The position numbers and the translations under genes were made by a program. From positions 7,355,909 through 7,419,908 of the forward strand of contig CM074804.1 in the NCBI GenBank assembly GCA_037447605.1: a stretch of DNA of 64,000 bases. The letters run 5' to 3'. The DNA is from Zygnema circumcarinatum SAG 698-1b (taxonomy: Eukaryota; Plantae; Zygnematophyceae). Positions 51,145 through 62,741 of the stretch are shown here, piece by piece (positions within the stretch are counted from its first letter, which is position 1; each line of letters starts with the position of its first letter). The notes under the pieces are model-generated. The model did no database searches, had not been told where the DNA came from, and saw only the letters and a program-made list of their open reading frames with translations.

Positions 51145-54100
51145 TCAGAACGGTTTTGCCACAGGTTCTCCACGCCGGACCGGGGGGGGGGCTTCCTCAT
51201 CGCTGTCATCCAGCCTCTTCCGCGGCAAGGCGAGCATCTTCAGTCCCTTGAATATGAGAGCCACTTCAACATCTCCATCATCCTCAACAATCCCCCCAAC
51301 GGACCCAATGGACTCGGACAACGAGGGGTCGTTCGAACCTCTCCGGACGCCACTCCGGGGAGGGCGAGGCACATCAGGAGCACTCCATGAAGTCGAACGA
51401 GTTTTTGACGGCGCTTGCTCTTTCTGCAGCTTAGTAATAGGGTCATCTGCAGGAGAAGAGTTTGGGGGAGCCCACCCAGGCAAGCGTCTCCTTGTCGGCC
51501 GTGAGTCGACCTCAGATTTGTTCTTGTCAGGGGAGCCTCCGGGGTCCTCCATTCTGAGGCTCGAACTTGAGCTCTTTCTTGAGAGGCTAAAGGTGAGGGG
51601 TCCGGAGAAAAAGGACCCCGGCCTTGTCCGTTTGTCAGGGCTCTCTTCACTCACCCTGTCACTTGAATCAGGCCCTCGGTCCATCTTCCCAACCTTCAAA
51701 ATGCCGCCTCCTTGCTGGCTACCACTTCCAGGAAGAATGGAAGATGGAGGGCTTGAAGCGGGGCGGGAAGGACTATGCAAGGGCCTATCTTCACCCTCAT
51801 TATCGGCAACGGGTGCCCTTATTGAAAACTTGGGGAGAATTCCTGTGAGGTGACGAGTTGCAGTTGGGCCCTGCACTTCTTTCATACTGACACCAGGTAG
51901 TTCTGATGGTGCTGGGTTACTATGGTAGAATTGATAGGCAGAGCGGATGAGTGTGCGTGGGATGTGAGTCTCCAGAACGCTGCGAGGAAGGTAGTCGGAC
52001 AGCTGGCAGAGCTCGTCCAGGAAGATAATTTGAGAGAAGAGGGAGGCTCTGCACGAACAGCACTCATCCCCGCACACAACTACAGTATAAGTAAGAAAAT
52101 CAAACAGTTCAGTGACATGTCAATCTAAAGTTAAGAACCCCATACATAGAGCCCATGGAAACCCACCATGGAAAAGGCCCAAAACCGTCTGCCCGTATGC
52201 AAAACTTGAAAAAAACAAAAATAACACCTACCTAGATTTCCTCAACTCTGTCCGTACCTGTTGCTGGTCTCCCAGTCTGTCAGCGCTATAGCTGCAGCAC
52301 ACTGCACCAATATCTGCATTCTCCGCTGTATGGCATCCTCCGCGGGGGCGCTGCTCCCGAGCTCGTCGTCCTCGTACCCTCCGCTCGGGGTCCTCCGCAG
52401 CGCCCTCTGCTGGGCGAGAAGCTCACGCTTCAACTCCCGCCGCTCTACTCCTGCACTCTCTGAACCCTCCACCAGAGAATGCATGCACCTGCAGGGGGGC
52501 TAACATGTAGCTTCAGCACAGATCACTCACTCTTCCTCTTTTCCCCCCCGCCCCTTCCCCCTCCCCACCCAGACAGCATGCAAAGTGGGTATCGAAGAAG
52601 GTCCAAGAAACGCGATAGCTGCAGCATGTTCAAAGGATGGAGAGTGTGGGTGACGAAGGGAAGGAGTGCTTCAAGTTCAGAGCGTACCTGGCAAGGCAGT
52701 TTACATTGTTGCTAAACCCACCGGTAGAGCGATTGAAGGCTGCTCCTTGCCACACCTCCGACTTCATGAATGCAGCAAAGAGGTACGGCAGCAGTGCCCA
52801 TGTGGAGTCCCCAACCCCCCCTATGTCCAGCAGCATTGCCAGCACATCCGGCGTAGTAACCTCTGCTCTCCGCATGGCTCCCACTCTGCCTGCAACTCGT
52901 CGAACTTGGGCCACATATCCATTTTCTGGGGCTCCCCGAGGGACATACATAGCCATGGATTGCAGAGTGGTGAAGATGAGAGGTGTGCTCGCTTGTAGGA
53001 CATGGGAAGAGGCAGTTGCCAGCAGATGTAGGAGGTGCAGAGTGTGGCCAACTTGGATGCAGATAGCTACTGCAAGTTCTAGGTTTGATATGTCTCTCAG
53101 GCAGGACCGCCTTCGCTTCTCCTGATGCATGTTTGCTGCAAGTGCTATTAACGTGGCTTTATTTGCACGCAAAATCTCCTCGAACCGGTTGAGCAAAGCC
53201 ATTAATATTTCTCTCGCTTCTCCGGCAAATCTGTCCACTCCATATGGGCCAAAACATCGTACATAGGCCTCTAATTCCGGCACACTCACAGTAAGTTTTC
53301 CTGCTCCTCCAACAGGCACTGCAGTGCTGTGAAAAGCCTTCTCAAAGGGTGAATACAAAATCCCCAAGTTCTTAGCGTCACATACCACAGTATGCATGAA
53401 CGTAGCGGCAATTATTCGCATGACTGGGGTGGAGTTTGCCATCTCTACTTCCGTCTGGTGAAGGTCTCGCATGCGGCCGCTGTACGCCTCCAAGAGGAGA
53501 GTCTCCCTGAAAGTGTGAGAGAGGTCCGCAGTACAATGCTGCTCTATCACATGGATGAGGGCAGCATATTGCCTGATGCCCAGCTCAAACGTAGAGGGAG
53601 AAGTGAGCTCTCCATTGGGCTGGATGGCACTCCGGATACGTTTCTTTATGTTGCTTGCCAGTCTCTCCCTCAAATACTGCAACACAGTTGGAGCAGTCCG
53701 TTTCTTAATGTAATGCAACTCCGATCCAACCCTACTTGAACAATCAAGGGGGCCCAATAAAGCATGGGAATGTATTCACAACGATAATGCCATTCCTTTG
53801 CATGTATTCTCTCACCTCTCGGGGGACGAAGACGGTCCCGGCAATGTTCATAGGCTCCATATCATTCAGCGCTGAAACCAATCCGGTCAGCCTGTACAGA
53901 GCTGCCTCCAATCTGCCCCAACACACAGCTACCTTCACACTCTCAACATATCCTCTATAGCCAGATAACGTTAAGTACCACACACCCAGGTTCCCGCAAG
54001 TGTTCGGAAAGCATAAGATAATTGCGAGAAATCAGGGCACGACACATTGGTCTACTCGGCCACCTGCAAATGCTTCCAGTAATCAACCTTTCTCTCAAAG

Positions 54101-57100
54101 GGCTGCAGCTATTTGAGAAAAAGACCACCTGCTGCCGTGCAATCCTTGCGGGCCCTTGAACCACTAGTAGACAGCCAAACTCTTTGGCCAAAAAGTGGTA
54201 AGCTAGAATGCTATGCTTCCGAAACAAGTGGCAGTCAATATATGAGTTACAAGCAATACAGGAAGAGCTTGAAGCCTTTAAGAGGAGAGTGGCCGTACCC
54301 TTCAAGAGCATGCTTTTGCGGACGGCTCTCATCCCCTGGCAACATGGCATTGGTTGTACTTGGCTGCTTTGTGGGGGGCAAAGTTCGAAGATACATCATC
54401 AGCATGGCCGCTTGTTGGGGCTCCAACTGCACACGGAAAGTTGCAAGGGGGCTATAAATAAAATCTCCACATTCTGCACCATGTTCTCTTTCGTTATCTC
54501 CCCCAGAGGCAAGATTCAAAGTTATCCTAAAAAAGAATCCAAAAAACCTGTGCGAAAATCTACGTACAATGTCCATCACAAGACCCCCACAAACCGCTAC
54601 AAAAACAAAGCATAGACTCTGAGTGGCTGAGAAGTGGACGAAGAAAAAAGGGTAGAAACCGAGATCTCAAAAAGTGGGTAAACTAACCTTGGAAGCAAGC
54701 CCTGTCAAGCCGCTGCCTGAGTCGAGGAATGCGAGGAGAAACTCTACTCCTCCCATTAGAGCCTCTAAGAGGGAGTGGGCATAGTCAACAGCTGCTCTCT
54801 TCAGCTTAGATGCCTGCATGCCCCTCAGAAAGAGAATTCCACTAACTCGTCTGCGTGCAGGTGCGGAAAGAGGGGAAGAACGGGAGGGGAAATAGTGAGA
54901 GTGAAGACATAGAGCGAGAAGAAATGGAGTCGCTCCTTCAACAGGCCTCAACTGTCAGCAGACAGTTTGAATAAGGTCTTAGCAGGACAAGGTGAAGGAT
55001 GTCCGACCTCATCCGGAGCAGATGGATGAATATTCTCCAGAAACGCACATGCAAGCAACATCCATGCAGGGCAATGCTTGGGGCATCCTTGCGGTCCAAA
55101 CATGGTGTATCTGAAAACCTGTGAAAAAGTTCACAGCAGAGCAAACTCGTCAAACACAGAGAACAGGCATGACTGCACAGGGCAGGAACAACCATTTCAC
55201 AATGAACAGGAAGGCTGCAGGCACAGCTATGTTGAGGCAGACTATTACCGTGACAAGATTATGACGGTAGAAGCAGAGGGCCTTCAGAGAGGAGCATTCG
55301 CGTAGTACATCCTCCAACTCATCCACGTGCCTGTTGAAGAATGGGCCAATTAAGCAGTGGAAGAAGCGAGACGAAGGCCCTACATTTTGAGAGCTCCAAG
55401 ACTCTGATCCCTCTGTTGCTACTGAACCTGAGAGCCGTAATACGACCTCTTTGACGTTCCTGAAGATGGAATAAGTGCAAATCGCAGGGAAGAGCGTAGA
55501 TACTATGCACAGAAAGGACATTGGTCCTCACCTCGACCAATAGTATGCGATGTTACACTCAGTCACAAGGCCTGCCTTCGTATCACCTGCGGTGGCCTCC
55601 TCCACCTGCTGAAGGCTCACAGGGGAATCTGATGCAGATAAGGCAGCAGATAGGCGAAACCAGTCTTCACGAAAGGTTTGCCAAGACATCTGTCCAGCCC
55701 ATAGAGCCCATAATGCCACGACGTTACTTTTCAGACAGTTCAGGAAAGGTTCTGCAATCCTTCATTATGACGAGCGTAGCTTGCCAATACTAATTCAGTA
55801 GTAAAAACCCAAAATAGACCTTAATGGGCTCAACCGTATCGACATCTCTTAAAACTGCCAAGGCGGGAGCCCTTATAAGAATTTCAACGTTCAATGACCC
55901 ACTGCTTTTACGAACTGCCAAATCCAGCTCTTCTCTGACACATTCCATGCCAACCACTTTTTTTTCAATCTCCAGAGGCAGAAAGCTGCTTTAAGCTCGG
56001 TGGAGGGCAAACAAAGGCCATCCTTTGCATCTCTTGCTCTACAACTAATTACTATCTCAACATTTAGGCAATAAAGTGGCAAGCTCCATACCGGCACACC
56101 TCCCGCTATGACGTCATTTTCGGTCTCCACCATGACCTCTAGGAGGTCCGCCACTGTCACCTTCAAGCTTGTGATGAGAACTTGGAGAGCCGCGTTCCAT
56201 GGCAGTTCTCCGTAATTGACAGTCTCCATGAGAGCCTTCACCCTTGTAGCCGCTACTTTGAGGCCAACTGTAGCATGGCCTTGTACAGCTGCAGGACCGC
56301 AACTACATAACTACATCAATAAATGAGAGAATGGTAAGAAAAACAGCATGCGATTAAGACCTACACTAAGCTTGAGTTCGTTCCAGCTTCCATATAGGCC
56401 TCTCTCAAAATCACTACCTGCGTAAACACTCCACCAAGTTCACAATGGGAAAGCGAATAATCCAGAAAGCTAAAAACAGCAATGTCGAGACTTCAATCAG
56501 ATCACTGTTCAAAGATACGATTCAACACGCAGTTAGCACAAGCAACGAGCTTTTCACCATCTTGGCTGATGTAAAAGCTTACCTGGAGAGTACTTGCGCA
56601 CAAGATTCGTTAACTGAAAAATGAGATCCAATAAACTGCCAACGGTGGTGTCTGCAACCTCCTGCAAAAGCAACAAAATGCATAGGACATATTGTGCGCA
56701 TGTACAAATGTAGTTTCTGGATGTAATTCGTCATTCGGTAAATGTGACAGCAGGTGTATAAACGTACCTTGAGGGATGCCAAAAAAGCTGAAACAACTGC
56801 AAAATCAAGGCTCTTGAAACAGCTAACTAGTGAAGAACCAAGAAAAATGCGTTTACTCTCCCTTTGAGTTTATCGAAGTACATGTGATGTAACCTAGAAC
56901 ATCTGAAAGGTGGGGTCATCTCAATGCTGTGTTAAATGCCAATCCTTCGATGACTCACGATTGTTGTATCCATTTGGACCATCCGTTCCATCCATTCTCA
57001 CTTGAATGTGTATTGGGGCGTTAAAAAGTGACCTACCAAGTCCACTGCGAGAATAGCATTGCCGGGTGTCAGTGGTCCACTATTTGTACTGGCCACAACC

Positions 57101-60100
57101 ACCCCTGCGTGTTGAAAGTACCACAACAGCTCTGACCGGGCCAAAGAAAGGGCTGCAAATACTACCTGCTCATACTCGAAACACAACAAAAAAAGATGAC
57201 GTTATAGTGGTCCTGATGCTGTGAAAAGAAAAGGTGTGAAAAGGCGCATCTGCATTGCATCAGCAACTTTTCGTACTGCCAGACTCTGAAGCAGATAAAG
57301 CCACTGCAGTACGGCCAAGTTCCTGCTTGCTCATCCTTAAGAGAGAGTGTGTAGGGGTTGGCATTCACCAATATGTTTGGGGCAAGAATGGTAGGGTAGT
57401 GTGAAAGGGAAAGAGTGAGGCGGCAGAGTTCATGCTGAAGGATGACTCGGCGCTTGTGATGCATCTCAGCCATGGACTCCGTGGCCTCATCCAGGACTTC
57501 ACTGGATGTACAAAGGCAAACAAGCAAGGGAATTAACAAGCCATGCCATATGTCCCGCGTGTTTATGTACGTGCAAGAGAGTGAAAGCAAAGGGGAGAGA
57601 GATAGAAGGATGTGTGCATCTCCATATCAGTGCGTGGACGAGCAGCTTCATGTGTGTATGTGAGTGGAGAAACAAAGGGGGCTGAAAGTGAAGAGTAATC
57701 TACCTCAGCTTTAACTTAAGCAACCTGTAAGCCTGATAGCCACGATCTGAGCTGTTTGCCCCATCTCCAGGCAGCGGGTGCAGATTATTCCAAACCTTAG
57801 GCAGCACATACATGGCGTACTCCTCATGAATGTACAGCATCTGCAAACCTGTCAGCCAGTGCTGGTATATGAGATGAGACTCGTCCCATAGGAAAGATAG
57901 TCAGAAGTCTAGATTTCAAGTACAGGCCCCATTCCGAACCCTATGTACAGACTCGTGTGAGGAAAAAAATCACCCCCAACTGCCTCGCTATGAGATGAGA
58001 GAAGGACAAATGCAGTTGAGGGCGGTATACCACCTCATCACGGAACAATGGCACGACGTACGTTGTCCGGAGAATCTCCTGCAAGGGGGAACTCACGGGT
58101 GCAAGTGAGCATGATAGTTTACCCGAGGGTACTTGCCAGTCTGCAATGACAGATAATCAGTTCATCTCAGCAACTGCAATATCACAACACAACAAGAGCG
58201 ACCTCTCACCCATTCACATCTCAACCAAGACCAATGAAGAAATCCTGCTGCGTACTTACACATTATTGTGATGAGAGGACGATTGGTCAAAGACACTAAA
58301 TGCTGCCTGACAAGCACCTGAGATGAGCCATCTGCATACCGTTAAGATGTTCGACGAGCTCCTATGTTGAAGCTGCTGGGGGCAAGCAAGGTAGCCGTAC
58401 AGCACCCACCGATGGTATGTTTCAAAATGGACGAAGCTTCTGCTCTGCATACATTAAGCACAGCGATATTGATCACTTGACTTGCTCCTCTGAAGCATTT
58501 TGTTCCACAATCCAGAACCAAAATCAAGCCCAGCAAGAAGAGCGTCTGCTTACAAGGCTGACCTTCTTGTTCAAGAAATATTCTACAAAGACAGTATTTG
58601 AGACAACATCTAAGAAATTAAAGGTTACCAAAAGACAACATAAACTCTAGCACATGACAACTGACCTCCTCCTGAAGTGGCGGCCGCCAATCCTCTGACT
58701 TCCACGAGGGCTCAAAAAAAGCTTTCTTACGAAGTGATGCCACATCTCCATGCTGCAGCACTTTGATTCCCGCCATTTCAAGAATCTGCAAAAGACTCAC
58801 AATCGACTCATGCTGATAAAAAATTAAAAATCATATTACCCTTCATTGCAGCACCCCCGAGAGAACTGCAAAATTTTGTGGTTCTATCAGTTTATGCCTG
58901 GCATGGAGTTTACAACTTCAAAAGGTAAAGCAACTTCTGAGTGTGCTAGAATGTGGAAGGAGAAGAAAATAAGAAAGTAAATCTGTTGCAAAGGACAGAC
59001 GAAATGGTCAATTAATTAGACAGTATCGTACCTCTCTAATCTGGGGTCCTAGAGGGCTTAAGTCCATCTGTACCCCGTCCAGAGGAGGATCGTACACAGA
59101 AAGATACTTCACCAATCTGCAGATGAGAAAGGATCCACCGAGATTAAACAAAGTTGATCTTAGTCAAACCATGCTCAAATCACAATCTTCCTTGTCAAGT
59201 TCATTGAAATGGAAAAACGTGGCCAGCTTCGAAAGTAGTGCAAAGCCTCACTAGCTAGTCAGATCTCAATAGCTCATAACTCATACCTGCGGTGATCTTC
59301 AGGGTCTTCCCCTTCGGCCATAAAATCGTACAGCATGGCATAAACTTGAACAACTAGTTTCCGGCCAGTCTGCATAACGCATGCCGCCACATCAAAACTT
59401 CGCCTAAAACATGTTATGTTCTTCAAAGAGCTGAGTGGGGGATGGGTCAAAGGTAGTCTTACGATTTATTTAATTGCTAAACCTCCTTGATAACACAGAA
59501 GAAGACAAAGTCAACCCATGTTGTGTACTGGCAGGTCTTAGAAGCATCAGAACACAGGTTGCTTTGACGCAAACCGAGAAGAAAACCGCGCACCTTTTCT
59601 AGCATGATGTGTACTTCGATGAAAGAACAAAGGAGGTCCATAAATAAATGACACAGTATAGGGTTGCTAAATGGCTGCACTCAAAATTAGAAAGTGAAGT
59701 CAGCTACATCATAACCATAGGTGAAGATTGAGAAGGCCAAAACTTAGCCACAGCCACAAGGGCAAGCTTCGTAATGACAAAATAAAGCGAAAACAGAACA
59801 CTGATCTGCTTAGAGTATACAGCGACGAAAAAGATGACTGTTCGGTCGAAATTATCACCAGGTTCTCATCCCCAGAAAGCATAGCAATTTATTATTTGAT
59901 GCTGACAGACAAAATAGAACAAGTGAAGGAGCTTTACTGGAACAACACTGGACGAGAAGTAGAAAAGAGGCACAAAATTCAAAGTGCTTGAATATGGCGC
60001 TGTACACAATTAAATAGCGATAGACGTGATAGAGGACGATCCATACAATGAAAGGGGCAAACCTATGGGGACTGAAGGCACTACTGCTTCCTTACATTTT

Positions 60101-61640
60101 GTACAAGAGGACTGTTGCTTATTTCAAGTAATAGTTTCAATGCCAGCCTCTTGAAGGCAAGAAGGTCAACCAGCACCTGAAGCCCTCCCGAATGTTCAAG
60201 CATCCACTTGCATTAATTGGCTGTCCCAATAACCTCCAAAAGTGTTTGACCAACAACATGGAGTAAAGAACAAAAGGTACAAGAATTTAGGGCATTGAAT
60301 ATGAGTGGTAAAGCAACATTTTCGCGCTCACTCATTGTGCCAAGAATGAGACTGAAAATAACTCGAAAAAGGCGTTGCATGGTACAAGGCAAAGACGTTT
60401 GCAAAATTCATTAGTCTACTGGATTTTCACATCTTCATTGCCATAATGAACAGGCATAGTCTTGACATGCTACTGTCTATCAAATCCAACTACACGGTTT
60501 GCACTTAACTGGCGCTCACTTCAGCGTGACATGACCTGAATGTACCTTCGCTACAGATGCTCTATGATGGTATTTCATGAAATTTGTGAAATTTAAAAAG
60601 GGAACCGGTCATTTCATTACCATGTACCACGGTTCCAGGGCCCGAAGGTACTTTTCAGCCAAGCCTCGCACCAGTTCGTATCCAGCCTTGTCGACCTGCA
60701 TGCGTAGCTACGAATGGGTCACGAATGAAATCAAACTATAAGTGGTAATTAAAAAGGTTTTTCAGCTCACCAGCTTTCAAGGCAACTACCGTGCTTTAAA
60801 TTTAAACAATACCTTTACTCCAGACGAGTTAGATGCGTGCATCAAAAGAACAGTGTTTTGGAACGGCGGTGTCATTTGTGACAATGCCAACGAAATCTGA
60901 TGAGATCAAGACGTCTTGCACCTTTAAATGGTGAAGGATAAGCAAATGGCAGCATTGGCGGTCGACTCATTTTCACCAAACAAAGTAAGTTGATCTCCAT
61001 AATCCAACGTCATCCATATTAGCACGATTAACACAAAGCGATGGACAATTCGATATCACGGCTGCGAAGTGTAAGCGAAAGAGGCACTAAATGTGCCTCT
61101 CTCAAGTACCTAGACATTTTTCCCGCTCGGCTCATGTCAGCTCAAGCCTTGTTATCTTATAATAAATCATAGTCAGCACCTTTTCGTCAGTAGATAACGC
61201 TGCTCGCTACAAGTTACCTTTTCCAACGGTAGTCTACGTGGGTGCTCCGGGAAATTCTTGGCCAAATACATGCACAGCTTCGGAACAGCTGGGAAAATGC
61301 CGACTTTCCACATGGTGTCAGTAACTTTGGGAGCTCCATTTGACAAATCAAGAGTCCGCCGTAGCAAGTAGAGCTTAGTCATGAGGCCTTCTGCAGCATT
61401 AATTAGATGAGGAATTCTCTCTGCCTTTTCCATCTTTGGCTGGCTCCTTCCATTCGTCAGCTGCTTAAACAAAACTTGGGGAGGGGATGACTGTTTTGGC
61501 CAACCAGACTGACGAGACTCTTTTTCTGAAACGACTCCGGCGCTTACTCTACCCGCTGACCCTCTGCTCCATCTGCTTGCTCCCTTCTCATGCCCTCCCT
61601 CCCTCCCTCTCTCCCTACTGAAGGCCTGCACATCCTCCAT
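51145..61640 (-). CDS. NAP1: NCK-associated protein 1 (NAP1/NAPP, SCAR/WAVE complex), many exons
   Basis: AEGLMTKLYLLRRTL...WKVGIFPAVPKLCMYLAKNFPEHPRRLPLEK; LVKYLSVYDPPLDGVQMDL; ALCFYRH; LLLEAYSG; CFGPYGVDR; WALLPYLFAAFMKSEVW...FSNNVNCLAR; FLDELCQLSDYLPRSVLETHIP. The start ATG is tentative. Confidence 0.92.
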
Positions 61641-62500
61641 CCCCTCCCTCCCTCTCCAGCGCCAGGCCGAGCCTGCAGCAAGCTGGGGCCCTGCCTGGTA
61701 CAACCACTCCCCTCCAAACTTGAAGGTCAAGGCCCAAATTTTAGGGTTACCGTACAGCTCTGTGCAAGGCCGATTTGCAGGGTTCGTCAAATAGGGGAGA
61801 TCCCCTAAATATCGTAAATAGCTTATTTATGTAAGATTTTGAGATTAGTTTACGTGATTTCAACTTAAATACCACACAAGCCCCAAAAAGCATTTTTTTG
61901 GTTAAAAACAAAAAGGAAATGAATTGCATTTGCAACCACGATAGCAATGATGTATATGAACTTTACTTGTTGGTATAACAATACGGCTTTAGAAACTGGT
62001 GCAACCTCTTCAACTCTTATAGATTGGTAAATTTTACCAATCAATTAGAACAACTGTGCATTTGGCAATCACAACATATAGTTGCTTATTCAAAAACCCA
62101 ATTGCTCGAAAACTTTGTAGATCCAATCCTAAGCTCTCTATTTCCTTTTCCATCCATCATTAATTACTCCAAGTATCACTTTAGAATCCATCATAGTCTT
62201 GAAATTTCCTCACAAAAACTCTATTCCAAATCATAACCTCTGAAATTCTAGGTGTAGTCACAAAAGAAAAACTGAAATAGAAACTAAAATTAGAAATGAA
62301 ATGAAAAATGGTCCCACTCCCTTAGGAGTTTTAGGCTGAACAAGACAGCTATAGAAGTGATGCAAACTACTCAAAGAGACCCTCGAAGAGCGGTCAAACT
62401 ATCAAACTGTTTGCAGTGAAGAATTCCTTCCAATGAAAAGTCTGTCAACCTCTTTCGAAACTCGTCTTTCTCCCAAACAATTCCTGCCTTCCTATATTCC

Positions 62501-62740
62501 TGTCTCGTCCGTACGCGTACGGTTTCGTCCGTACAGTCCATATTTACGTGTTTTTACAAAACCAATTTAGGGGACAGTCCCCTATCTTAAGCCGAAATCC
62601 CCAATTTGACGAACCCTGCCGATTTGACGATTCCGTACAAGAAATAGAGACAGAAAATACAGTATGTACGGTCAACGGAACGGACATTACAGTACAGTAA
62701 CATATCCGTACGGTACGAATATATTCATTCTGCGAATTTT
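62501..62740. mobile_element. Possible DNA-transposon end: palindromes and repeated CCGTAC subterminal motifs
   Basis: Begins TGTCTCG. Perfect palindrome CCGTACGCGTACGG at 62509-62522; hairpin TAGGGGAC-A-GTCCCCTA at 62568-62584; about six CCGTAC/GTACGG copies. The partner end is not in the window. Confidence 0.35.
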
Positions 62741-62741
62741 C

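Noticed and set aside
62568-62584. Helitron 3' hairpin
   Set aside because: There is no CTRR terminus ~10-12 nt beyond the hairpin on either strand.
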